A stretch of 64,000 nt of DNA, from contig JAWBRA010000005.1 of NCBI GenBank assembly GCA_038844785.1, positions 1 to 64,000 on the forward strand, given 5' to 3'. Within the stretch, counting starts at the first letter, position 1. Each line of letters starts with the position of its first letter. This document shows, piece after piece, positions 49,279 through 58,068 of this stretch. This DNA is from Candidatus Caldarchaeum sp. (GTDB taxonomy: Archaea > Thermoproteota > Nitrososphaeria_A > Caldarchaeales > Caldarchaeaceae). The notes under the pieces are model-generated. The model saw only the letters and a program-made list of their open reading frames with translations. It did no database searches and was not told where the DNA came from. The position numbers were made by a program, and so were the translations under genes.

Positions 49279-49572
49279 TTATTCCATGCCTCTCGACATA
49301 TAGCCCGTGGTGTTGAAGAACTCCAGTAGTTTTTTCAACACGTGTTTTTGAGGGTTGACGGTGTATTTGGCGGGCTTGTAAGGTGTTTGAACGACCCAGC
49401 CATGTTTTAGGAGTTTCTGAAGGATGTTCTCGGCTGTTCTCTGGCTAATTCCACATGCCTTGGCCAGCATGTATCTGGTGCAGGGCTCGGGCGATGATGC
49501 AAGAGCTTTGATAACGCGTATATGTAGGTATGAGCTGAGAGCCTCTTCGACTTCATGTTCAGGCTTAACCAT
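49279..49572 (-). CDS. small winged-helix protein
   Basis: IRVIKAL...TRYMLAKACGIS......LQKL..HGWV......YTVN; overlaps the cdc6 stop. Confidence 0.7.
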   Translation of the reverse strand: MVKPEHEVEEALSSYLHIRVIKALASSPEPCTRYMLAKACGISQRTAENILQKLLKHGWVVQTPYKPAKYTVNPQKHVLKKLLEFFNTTGYMSRGME

Positions 49573-50764
49573 CGGCCATTCTCCTCTCCCTCAAATAATG
49601 CTCTACAACCTGTGAAACACGTTCGGCGTCAGCTCCCACCAGCTCAACCCTTCCATCTCTGCTAAGCTCAATGAAACCTTTGTGCCTCAGAGATCTCACC
49701 GCTTTGTCGAAGCCTGTGTCTGAACGGCCATGCTGCTCGCAGATCATTCTGTAAATTTTCTTCACGGCTTCAACCTCCGCGTATGCCTCTCCCGTAATGG
49801 TTAAACATTTTGCGACGGCGAGAAGAGCTGTTTTCTCGTTTTCGGAAAGTTCGGCTAACTCACTGGATAGTGTTGTCTGCCCTGTCTCAGCCAGCACGTA
49901 TCTGACGTCGTCGAGTTTCACGTGGTCGTAACCTCTAGACTCTGCCAAGTTGCCTGCATACAGAAGAACGTCTAAAGCGAACCTTACGTCTCCGTTATGA
50001 GGCGGCCTCGTAGCAACGTCTGCGACATATTCTATGACTTGGTGTGAAACGGCTCCTCTTCTAAAAGCCTCCGAAACCCTTTCCTCCAGTATCTCTTTCA
50101 TCTGCTCAGTTGTGTACGGCTCTAGCTTTACGATGTTTACTCCGAGGGAGCTGAGTTCAGGCTTTTCCAAAAGACCGCCGTAAGCTGGGTCGCGTGTTAC
50201 GAAAACCACTCCGACAACGTTTACCGGCCTTACCGAGAAAACTTCATGGAGGCGTGTGAAGTCGTAAACCACCGTCTCTCTTCCCCTGCATGCTTTGACG
50301 TGGTAGTCGGCCTCGTCGAATGTTATCACGGACTGCTTCCGGTGATTTTTAAGGTATGTTAGAAGATTGTCGAGAAGCTCCTCCGCTGAAAGCGACTGGC
50401 TGTAGGCCTCCTCGGAAAGGGTTCTCACCATGTACCTGTATATTGCTACTTTGCTGGCCGAGAACCTCCGCAGGTTTACGTAAAGATGTATCAGGTTTTT
50501 GTAGGCTGCCTCAAGCTCCTGCCCCACCTTGAGGCATAGAGTTGTTTTGCCAGCCCCTACCCCACCTACCACCTGAGCTTTGGCCACGAAGCTGTCTGAC
50601 CGTCTTTCTACTCCCTCTCTCAACAGGGTTGAGAGGAGTTTCCTCTCCCTATCCCGATGGAGGAGAGTTCTCGGTATGTAGGAGGGCGACAGCTTTGAGG
50701 CGTCAACAAATACGGGCATCTGTAGAAAATGCCTCATTCCTCTTTTTAAATAATACGATAACAA
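49565..50764 (-). CDS. cdc6: Cdc6/Orc1 replication initiator
   Basis: LSPSYIP..L.HR, Walker A GGVGAGKT, Walker B FDEAD, PYT.EQM..IL.ER, GDVR.ALD, C-terminal wHTH; true start probably a few codons downstream. Confidence 0.9.
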   Translation of the reverse strand: MLSYYLKRGMRHFLQMPVFVDASKLSPSYIPRTLLHRDRERKLLSTLLREGVERRSDSFVAKAQVVGGVGAGKTTLCLKVGQELEAAYKNLIHLYVNLRRFSASKVAIYRYMVRTLSEEAYSQSLSAEELLDNLLTYLKNHRKQSVITFDEADYHVKACRGRETVVYDFTRLHEVFSVRPVNVVGVVFVTRDPAYGGLLEKPELSSLGVNIVKLEPYTTEQMKEILEERVSEAFRRGAVSHQVIEYVADVATRPPHNGDVRFALDVLLYAGNLAESRGYDHVKLDDVRYVLAETGQTTLSSELAELSENEKTALLAVAKCLTITGEAYAEVEAVKKIYRMICEQHGRSDTGFDKAVRSLRHKGFIELSRDGRVELVGADAERVSQVVEHYLRERRMADG

Positions 50765-50833
50765 TTTTTCCGCAAAACTTCGTTGAATAGGGTTTGCCCT
50801 TCCTATGGATATTCAGATGACGTGGGTGACAAC

Positions 50834-50848
50834 AACCCCTCTGGAAAA
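50834..50848 (-). promoter_or_regulatory. possible ORB-like element upstream of cdc6
   Basis: reverse complement TTTTCCAGAGGGGTT resembles an ORB TTCCAG core plus G-string; single copy only. Confidence 0.3.
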
Positions 50849-50999
50849 GGAAGCTGGTAGGGATGAACTGGTTTTGGGGCAGGAATTCTAATGAACTATA
50901 GCGGCTTGGAGTTGCTTCGGAAAAGCATTTGCCAAAAAAGCGGGCGATGTTTTATGGGTACTTTTAGTTGGACTACCTGTCCGCCTAGCTAAGCATACG

Positions 51000-51266
51000 T
51001 CACCGTAGACCGGCGATTTTCAAGGCTTGGTCTCGTGGGAACGCTGTCAAGGTTTCGGTGGAAAGGTAGTCGGCGAACTGGAGAATGAATTTTAAATATG
51101 TTTCTGGGTCTGGTGCCTCAGCTATCAGTATGCCGTCGTAGGCTCCGAAGGTCCATAGCATTTCACGGACTTTTACCGCAGGGTTCTCTCTGATTATTTT
51201 ATCAGTTCTGTCGACATCCTCACGGCCTAGCTTTCGCCTAAACCTAATCAACGTCACGAAAAGCAT
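51000..51266 (-). CDS. GYD-domain protein
   Basis: WTFGAYDG.LIAEAPD, TETLTAF. Confidence 0.8.
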   Translation of the reverse strand: MLFVTLIRFRRKLGREDVDRTDKIIRENPAVKVREMLWTFGAYDGILIAEAPDPETYLKFILQFADYLSTETLTAFPRDQALKIAGLR

Positions 51267-51342
51267 GAACTTTATATGTATTGGATGCAATTATGTTTTT
51301 CGCCCGCAACGTTGATATACCCTACCTCTTCACACATAACTC

Positions 51343-51609
51343 ATGCCCTACATAACCCGTGAGGAGAGAGCTGAGCTTGACAAGGAGGTTGAAGCCCTCG
51401 TGAAGAAGCTGGCTGCAGCCCCGCCTGAAAAGATGGACGGAAGGCTCAACTACGTGATAACACGCCTGCTGGCACAACTCTATCCGCCGGGCTACTTCAA
51501 CTACAACAGGGCCATGGGAGTTCTTTCGTCAGTGGCCCACGAATACTACAGACGACGCGTAGCCCCATACGAGGACGAAAAGATTAAGCAGAACGGCGAC
51601 GTATACTAG
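51343..51609 (+). CDS. conserved small helical protein (DUF6899-like)
   Basis: MPYI, GRLNYVITRL, YN..MGVL, EYYRRRVAPYEDEKI..NGDV. Confidence 0.7.
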   Translation: MPYITREERAELDKEVEALVKKLAAAPPEKMDGRLNYVITRLLAQLYPPGYFNYNRAMGVLSSVAHEYYRRRVAPYEDEKIKQNGDVY

Positions 51610-51644
51610 CTAAGCTATATATCGCCTACAAATGATTAGCTGCC

Positions 51645-52634
51645 ATGGCCGAGCAGGAGACTGAAGTAGACAATGCAAGGCTTCTGACTTTTTTCAGAAA
51701 AATGGTTGAGATAAGGCTTTTCGAAGAAAGGGTTGAAAAGCTTTATCGCGAAGGCAAGATAGCCGGTCCAACACATCTCTACGTAGGCCAGGAGGCGGTT
51801 GCGGTGGGTGTGATCGAAGCTCTCGACAAAGACGACGTAATAATCTCAACCTACAGGGGGCATGGACACGGCTTGGCCAGAGGCGTTCCCATGCGGGCTG
51901 TGTTGGGCGAAATAATGGGAAAGTCTATTGGAACATGCAAAGGCCTTGGAGGCTCTATGCATGCTCCAATAAGCGTTGAGAGAAAGATACTGTTTGCCAC
52001 AGCGATAGTTGGCAGCGGTCTTCCAATAGCTGTCGGCGTGGCACTAGGCTTCAAACAACGTGGCGAAAAGAATTTGGCAGCAGTGTTTTTCGGCGACGGA
52101 GCTGTCAACACAGGAGCCTTCCACGAAGCATTGAATTTAGCGGCTGTCTGGAGGCTACCGGTCCTATTCGTCTGCGAAAACAACCTTTACGCAATGAGCA
52201 CAGCCCTTTCCAGAGCCTTCGCAGGAGAAAGCATAGCCGCTCGAAGCTCGAGCTATGGTATCAAAACCTTCACAGTCATGGGCAACGACGTCGTCGAAGT
52301 ATACACCACAGCATGTTCAGCAGCTTCATACATACGGGAAGGACGGGGTCCTGCTTTCATCGAATGCAGAACATACCGTCAGAAGGGACACGGCGGATAC
52401 GACTTGGGAACATGGTATAGACCGAGAGAGGAGATTGAAGAATGGTTGATGAAAGACCCTATAGAGATGTTGTTCAACCGTTTGAAGGCTGACGGGTTGC
52501 TTGACGAACAGAAAAGAAAGGCGTTGGAAGAGGAGGTTAACAAGATGATTGACGGCGTCGTTGAAGAAGTGCTCAAAGCCCCCTTAACTGATTTCAGGGT
52601 TTTGGAAGAGTTTGTCTACTCATCGAAAACGTGA
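51645..52634 (+). CDS. TPP-dependent 2-oxoacid/acetoin dehydrogenase E1 alpha
   Basis: HLYVGQEA, YRGHGH, GGSMH, GDGA...ENN, TYRQKGH. Confidence 0.92.
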   Translation: MAEQETEVDNARLLTFFRKMVEIRLFEERVEKLYREGKIAGPTHLYVGQEAVAVGVIEALDKDDVIISTYRGHGHGLARGVPMRAVLGEIMGKSIGTCKGLGGSMHAPISVERKILFATAIVGSGLPIAVGVALGFKQRGEKNLAAVFFGDGAVNTGAFHEALNLAAVWRLPVLFVCENNLYAMSTALSRAFAGESIAARSSSYGIKTFTVMGNDVVEVYTTACSAASYIREGRGPAFIECRTYRQKGHGGYDLGTWYRPREEIEEWLMKDPIEMLFNRLKADGLLDEQKRKALEEEVNKMIDGVVEEVLKAPLTDFRVLEEFVYSSKT

Positions 52635-52640
52635 AAGGCC

Positions 52641-53639
52641 ATGGGTGTTAGGGAGATCACATACGTGGAAGCCTTGAACGAAGCTTTGAAGGAGGAGATG
52701 CGTCGAGACAGTTCTGTGATAGTTTTCGGCGAAGAAGTAGCTTTAGCCGGAGGCGTCTACAAGGTAACTAAAGACCTTCTGAAAGAATTCGGCCCTACAA
52801 GGGTTATGGACACGCCTATATCGGAAATAGCCATAATAGGTGCTGCGATAGGGGCTGCGTTGAATGGCTTAAGGCCTGTCGCTGAGCTTATGTTTTTCGA
52901 CTTCGCCGGCATAGCCTTTGACCAGATAGTGACGCATGCTTCCAAGATTCGTTTCACATCAGGAGGGCAGGTCAAGCTGCCTCTAGTCATCCGCACCCAG
53001 TACAGCCTTGGACGTTCATACGGTAGTCAGCACACGCAGTTTCTGACGGCTTCCTTCATGCAGGCGCCTGGGCTGAAAATAGTTCTTCCATCAACACCCT
53101 ATGACGCAAAAGGCCTCCTCAAGTCTGCAATCCGTGATGACGACCCGGTTCTTTTCATAGAATCTGGGGCACTCTACGTCAACAGGAGCTACTATGGATA
53201 TAAAGGACCGGTCCCCGAGGAAGAATATCTGCTCCCGATAGGTAAAGCCGACGTCAAGGCTGAGGGGGATGATGTGACTGTTGTCGCTCTGTCGCGAACG
53301 GTGTCTGAGGCCATGGCCGCCGCCGGTCAGCTGAAAGAAGAGGGGTTGAGGGCCGAGGTAGTGGACCTGAGGACGGTTCAGCCGATGGATTACGAGACTG
53401 TCTTAAGGTCTGTAAGGAAGACGAACCGCTTAATCATAGCGGAGGACAGTGTAAAAACTTGCGGCGTGTCGGCGGAGGTAGCCGCATATGTTGCAGAAAA
53501 CGCCTTAGACGCCCTTGAAGCCCCTGTGATAAGGCTTAACTCCCCACCCATGCCGGCACCACAATCACAGCCTCTCGAAAGACAGTACATGGTTACTGCT
53601 GACAAGATAGTTGAGTCCGTCAGAAAACTTTGTCTCTAG
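52641..53639 (+). CDS. 2-oxoacid/acetoin dehydrogenase E1 beta
   Basis: FGEEV, DTPISE, GLRPVAE, QHTQ, PGLK, DLRT. Confidence 0.92.
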   Translation: MGVREITYVEALNEALKEEMRRDSSVIVFGEEVALAGGVYKVTKDLLKEFGPTRVMDTPISEIAIIGAAIGAALNGLRPVAELMFFDFAGIAFDQIVTHASKIRFTSGGQVKLPLVIRTQYSLGRSYGSQHTQFLTASFMQAPGLKIVLPSTPYDAKGLLKSAIRDDDPVLFIESGALYVNRSYYGYKGPVPEEEYLLPIGKADVKAEGDDVTVVALSRTVSEAMAAAGQLKEEGLRAEVVDLRTVQPMDYETVLRSVRKTNRLIIAEDSVKTCGVSAEVAAYVAENALDALEAPVIRLNSPPMPAPQSQPLERQYMVTADKIVESVRKLCL

Positions 53640-53881
53640 ATTTTCTGGATCTCCGCTATTACCTCCCCCACACTGACCTCGTCCCCAACCTTGTGAAGTA
53701 TCCTGACTATTTTGCCGTCCACCTCTGAAGGGATTTCGACAGCGGCTTTCTCCGTCTCAACGATAACTACGACCTCGCCCTTTTTTACTTGGTCGCCCTC
53801 CTTCTTCAGCCATTCAGCTATCTTGCCCGACTCCATCGCAACATCTATCCTAGGCAGTATGAGCTTATACAGCTCGGGCAT
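53636..53881 (-). CDS. stand-alone lipoyl-domain protein
   Basis: LP.....MESGKI.EWLKKEGD.V..GE....VETEKA.VEI.S..DG E2-type lipoyl domain; 81 aa, ends right after the domain. Confidence 0.88.
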   Translation of the reverse strand: MPELYKLILPRIDVAMESGKIAEWLKKEGDQVKKGEVVVIVETEKAAVEIPSEVDGKIVRILHKVGDEVSVGEVIAEIQKI

Positions 53882-53970
53882 GATCCTCTTAGGGTGTTTA
53901 AATAAGGCAGTTTATAAATTCGTATTACTTATTTAGGCTTAACCGCGTCAGAGTCTTATACCTAGCTGCC

Positions 53971-54102
53971 ATGCTAGCTGTGGTGGTGTTGATGGTCAGC
54001 CTTGACACTTTGATAAGCTTAATGATACTTGCCGTGTTGTGTTACGAAACATGGCTGACGCATAAGCTTTACAGGAGCGAGAACGGACGGAGGTCTAGGT
54101 GA
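53971..54102 (+). CDS. putative small membrane protein (36-43 aa), below ORF-track cutoff
   Basis: MLAVVVLMVSLDTLISLMILAVLCYETWLTHKLYRSENGRRSR; one TM helix plus basic tail; GGTGGTG SD-like sequence before ATG 53992. Confidence 0.4.
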   Translation: MLAVVVLMVSLDTLISLMILAVLCYETWLTHKLYRSENGRRSR

Positions 54103-54415
54103 TGACGCAGCGGCAGCCGTCAAACTCGATGTTTTCATAAAACGTAACAATCCAGCCTCTGTCAACAGTCTGGCCTTCCACAGGTTTTTGGAAGGCTATC
54201 AGCCCGTAAGCCGTGGACTTGATGACAAGCTCCTGTGCTACAAACTCCTCCTCCAAAACAAACTTTCTACCCTGGATTCTTCCAACGCCCACCAACCATC
54301 CCGGCGGGTCGTCGCCGAACTTTTTCCAGTAGTTTATTCTGACGGCTTTACGGCTGCTGACAAGGCTTAATGCCTCCTCGGGAAGCTGAACCTCTTCGTA
54401 GACATACGTAGGCAT
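54095..54415 (-). CDS. hypothetical protein
   Basis: 106-aa ORF with plausible composition and an AT-rich promoter region shared with the divergent gene. Confidence 0.6.
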   Translation of the reverse strand: MPTYVYEEVQLPEEALSLVSSRKAVRINYWKKFGDDPPGWLVGVGRIQGRKFVLEEEFVAQELVIKSTAYGLIAFQKPVEGQTVDRGWIVTFYENIEFDGCRCVIT

Positions 54416-54476
54416 GGTGGGATGGCTGGTTTTCGGTCGTTTTTAAAGTAATATCCCGCCCGCTAGTTCAAATGAC

Positions 54477-55655
54477 ATGCGTTTCGACGTCGTTGTGGTG
54501 GGCGGCGGGTCTACGGGCGCTTCGATAGCCTATTACCTGACTAAAAAAGGCGCTGGCAGGGTTGCGTTGGTAGAAAAAGACCATGTAGGGTGGGGGCAGA
54601 CGGGAAGGTCTACGGCGGTGGTTAGGCTTCACTACAGCACGCTTGAAGTGGCTAAGATGGCTTTAATCAGCTGGCGCGTTTTGAAGAATATGGAGAAGGA
54701 GGTAGGCGGGCCTTCAGGATTTACAGCATGCGGATTCGTCATACTCGCGGGCGAGGAAGACTATGAAGGACTGAAAAAGAACGTTGAAATGCAGAAAAGC
54801 CTAGGGATAAAAACAGAGATACTTACCCCTGAGAAGCTGGTGCAGCTTGAGCCGAGAATCAACATAGAAGGGTTGTATGCAGCAGCCTACGAGCCTGAGT
54901 CGGGTTACGCCGACCCCGTCACCACAGCCCAAACCTATGCAAAAGCGGCTGTGAACGAAGGATGTGTTCTGATGGAGTCTTGCGAGGTTAAAGGAGTGAG
55001 GATGGCGGGCAACCGTGTCGAACGGCTTTTAACCACCCGCGGCGAATTTGAGGTAGGCTTGGTTGTTAACGCGACAGGCGTATGGTGTAACAGTTTTTTG
55101 GAAATGTTCGGCGCCGCGTTGCCGGTGAAAGTTATGAAGGAGGAGATAGTTGTTTGGAGTAGGCCTGAGGATTTCAGGGGACAGCATCTTGTCGTAGGAG
55201 ACCTTCCCTACAACTATTACATGAGGCCGTTTGGAGACAACCAGACTTACATGGGGAGCATAAACCCCGACATGAGTAGGCAGGAAAAATACCCCAACGC
55301 CTTCGACCTCGAAGCTAAAGTCGGCATCGACACTGCATCGCGGTACGGCGAAGCCTTATCTAAAAGGTTCCCGATCATGGCTGAAGCGAGGGTGGCCGGC
55401 GGATGGATAGGGCTTTACGACGTCACACCCGACTGGCACCCCATAATAGGGTATTCGAAAACCGTTCAAAACCTTTTCAACGCGGTGGGCTTGAGCGGAC
55501 ACGGCTTCAAACTATGTCCGGCCATAGGAATGCTCGCAAGCGACATCATCCTAGGAAACAAAACCCCATTGGTTGACCCGGAGTTCTTCAACGAAGAAAG
55601 GTTTGAGAAAGGCAAGCTCATCGGCGTATCCTACAAGTATGGCGTCATATCTTGA
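54477..55655 (+). CDS. FAD-dependent amine/amino-acid oxidoreductase (sarcosine oxidase beta/DadA family)
   Basis: VVGGGSTG, GQTGRST, YEPESGYADP, GLYDVTPDWHPIIG, GLSGHGFK. Confidence 0.88.
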   Translation: MRFDVVVVGGGSTGASIAYYLTKKGAGRVALVEKDHVGWGQTGRSTAVVRLHYSTLEVAKMALISWRVLKNMEKEVGGPSGFTACGFVILAGEEDYEGLKKNVEMQKSLGIKTEILTPEKLVQLEPRINIEGLYAAAYEPESGYADPVTTAQTYAKAAVNEGCVLMESCEVKGVRMAGNRVERLLTTRGEFEVGLVVNATGVWCNSFLEMFGAALPVKVMKEEIVVWSRPEDFRGQHLVVGDLPYNYYMRPFGDNQTYMGSINPDMSRQEKYPNAFDLEAKVGIDTASRYGEALSKRFPIMAEARVAGGWIGLYDVTPDWHPIIGYSKTVQNLFNAVGLSGHGFKLCPAIGMLASDIILGNKTPLVDPEFFNEERFEKGKLIGVSYKYGVIS

Positions 55656-55692
55656 GCACATTTTTAAGAAAGCTTCAACAGATAATAGCCGC

Positions 55693-55793
55693 GCCCTGGT
55701 AGCTCAGCCTGGTGGAGCGACCGCTTGGTAAGCGGTAGAACCCTTTAGGCCGGAAGGGTGCCGAGGTCCGGGGTTCAAAGCCCCGCCAGGGCT
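55693..55793 (+). tRNA. tRNA-Thr(GGT) with 27-nt non-canonical intron at 45/46 (55739-55765)
   Basis: anticodon arm ACCGC-TTGGTAA-GCGGT; removing 55739-55765 restores variable loop AGGTC as in tRNA-Thr(CGT); CGGT/GCCG helix with AGA and AGG bulges and ACCCTT/AAGGGT intron stem. Confidence 0.9.
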
Positions 55794-55843
55794 TGATCTC
55801 CCCCAAACCTACTTTAAATAGAAAACCGCTTAAGAGCCGGTTG

Positions 55844-56401
55844 ATGAAAAAGCCCGGCTTGCTTGTCATCCTTGTCGGCCACGGGCAGTTTCCCCTAGAT
55901 ATGCCCCATACCCTTCAAACCGAATATCTAACGCTGCTCCACAAGCGCGACAGAACTCCTCAGGAGGAGCAGAGGCTTACAGAGTTGACGAAAACTGTTC
56001 TGAGCTGGCCTAGAAACGAGGGGAACGACCCTTACTGGTCAAGCGTTAGAAAGTTGGCGTTGCTTCTCGAACAAGCTCTCAAAGACAGTAAAGTAATGGT
56101 TGCTTTCAACGAGTTCTGTCCACCTCTCCTTGAAGAAGCGTTGGAGAACGCCTGCAAGTCAAACCATCGAAAGATCATGGTTTTGACGACCAAGCTGATA
56201 CCTGGGGGAGTTCACTCTGAGATTGAGATACCAAGGCTGATAGAAGATTTTAGCAGGAGATACGGCAAGAAGATAGTTTATGTCTGGCCTATCGACATGC
56301 AAAACTTAGTAGAGCTTTACGTCAAAGAGATTGAGGTCCGTTTGAAGCAGCTAGCCTTAGAAACCATGTTTAATAATTCACCGCGACTTAAGCCGTTGTA
56401 A
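55844..56401 (+). CDS. CbiX/SirB-family chelatase-like protein
   Basis: ILVGHG, VAFNEFCPP.LEEAL, PGGVHSEIEIP. Confidence 0.8.
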   Translation: MKKPGLLVILVGHGQFPLDMPHTLQTEYLTLLHKRDRTPQEEQRLTELTKTVLSWPRNEGNDPYWSSVRKLALLLEQALKDSKVMVAFNEFCPPLLEEALENACKSNHRKIMVLTTKLIPGGVHSEIEIPRLIEDFSRRYGKKIVYVWPIDMQNLVELYVKEIEVRLKQLALETMFNNSPRLKPL

Positions 56402-57301
56402 TATATAAGGCGTTCGACTTAGGCTTGAGGAGATACCCGAGTCAGAGGCTGGGCCGGGAACGATGCTCGTGAGAGTGAAAGCCTGCGGGGTTTGTCCTGT
56501 AGATGTACGTGTTTTCAACGGGGAGGATGTTTGGGTCTCCCTTCCAGCCATCGGGGTTTGGGACATGAGATAGCTGGAGTTGTGGAGAAGGTTGGTGAAG
56601 GCGTCTTTACCCACAAGCCTGACGACAGGGTCGCCGGCTCGCTCCACAAACCGTGCGGACTCCAAATATTGTTTTACTGAAAGCGACAACATCTGCTCCA
56701 ACTCATGTCTCTACAAACCTTGGTGTTCGGTTTTTCTGAATACGTTCTAGCATACGCCGACGAGATGCCTGTTCGGTGAAAGCCTAAGCTTCGAGGAGGC
56801 TGCTTTCACCGAGCCTTTGGCTGCCTGCGTCAACGCCGTCGAAAAATGTGGAATAAAGCCCAGCGACTGGGCTGCTGTCGTAGGCGTCGGCCTGATGCAT
56901 GTACAGCTTGCGAAGCTTAAAGGTGCGAAGGCTGTAGCCATCGACCTTCTAGACGAGAGGCTGAGATTGGCTGAGAAACTCGGCGCCGACTACTCGGTTA
57001 ACAGCTCGGACAAAGATGCTGTCGAACGGTGCAGGCTTTTGACCAAGGATGATGGGTTTGACAAGGTTATCACATCTGTGGGAGGAGGTGACGCCATACG
57101 TTTATGATACATTACAAGGAAATAGTCATCACGGGAACCTACGGCGGAACCAAAAAAGACTTCAAAACAGCTTTAACGCTAATCCAGCAAGGTCTTGTAA
57201 AAGTTAAACCACTCATAACCCAAAAGCTGCCTCTTGAGAGAATCGTAGAAGGTTTGCAGCTCCACTCACAGAGAAAAAGTAATAGTCACACCCTAGCGTA
57301 G
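56388..57301 (+). pseudogene. Zn-dependent alcohol/polyol dehydrogenase pseudogene
   Basis: fragments in different frames: VRVKACGVCPVD, LGHEIAGVVEKVG, SFEEAAFTEPLA, VVGVG, LGADYSVN, HYKEIVITG...PLITQKLPL. Confidence 0.85.
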
Positions 57302-58068
57302 CTGCGACCCTTGCCGGAAAATTCATCCGTCTTAAACGGATATTCCAAGCCGACGGGCGAAGCTTAATCTTTGCATTCGGCCATGGTAATTTCATGTGGC
57401 CAGTCAAGGGTTTTGAGAGGCCTTCGGAGATTCTCGCCAAAGTCGTGGCGGCTGGAGTCGACGCAGTGATGGCAGGCCTCGGCTCGCTAAAGCAGTATGC
57501 GCCCTCTCTGGCGAGGAAAAACTTGGGCTAGATACTGACTCTTCAAGACAAATCCCCCTCGACAATACCGTGGAGCGTCAAAGCAGCTTCAAACCATGGA
57601 GCCGACGCCGTCAAATATTTCGTCAAAATTGGTGGCGAAAACGAGCGGCAGGAGCTTGAGACGCTCTGGGCCCTTTCTGTTACGGCAGCCGATTATGGAA
57701 TGCCTGTTCTCGCTGAGATGTATCCCGCCAAGCCGTCCATGGCTTCAGCGGTTGAGATAGCTAAAATGGCTAGGATAGGTGCAGAGTATGGAGCCGACTT
57801 CATAAAAACTATGTACGCTGGCAGTGTGGAAAGCTTCAGATACGTAGTCGACTCATGCCCTGTGCCGGTGGTTGTGCTGGGGGGCGAGTTTATGGAGTCT
57901 GACACAGAGGTTTTGCGGATGGTTTACGACAGCCTATCCGCCGGAGGAGCTGGGGTTGCCTTCGGCAGAAACATCTTCCAACATTCCAACCCTGAGAAAA
58001 TCACAGAAGCTCTCTACGCCTTAATCCATGGAGGGCTTTCTCCTGAAAAGCTTTTACCGCTGACCTAA
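57301..58068 (+). pseudogene. class I aldolase (DhnA/LsrF-like) pseudogene
   Basis: one frame GKFIRLKRIF..DGRS...GADAVK...GADFIKT...GRNIFQ interrupted by TAG at 57529-57531; no clear start codon; DHG motif reads GHG. Confidence 0.8.

Noticed and set aside
49170-55793. Two outward-facing tRNA-Thr genes as inverted repeats or att sites of an invertible/integrated element
   Set aside because: Both are complete tRNAs with different anticodons, identity is ordinary isoacceptor similarity, and no integrase or partial tRNA copy is present
57529-57531. In-frame TAG in the aldolase as possible pyrrolysine or read-through
   Set aside because: No pyl genes in the window, the gene also lacks a start and the conserved Asp, and its neighbour is heavily frameshifted; decay is simpler
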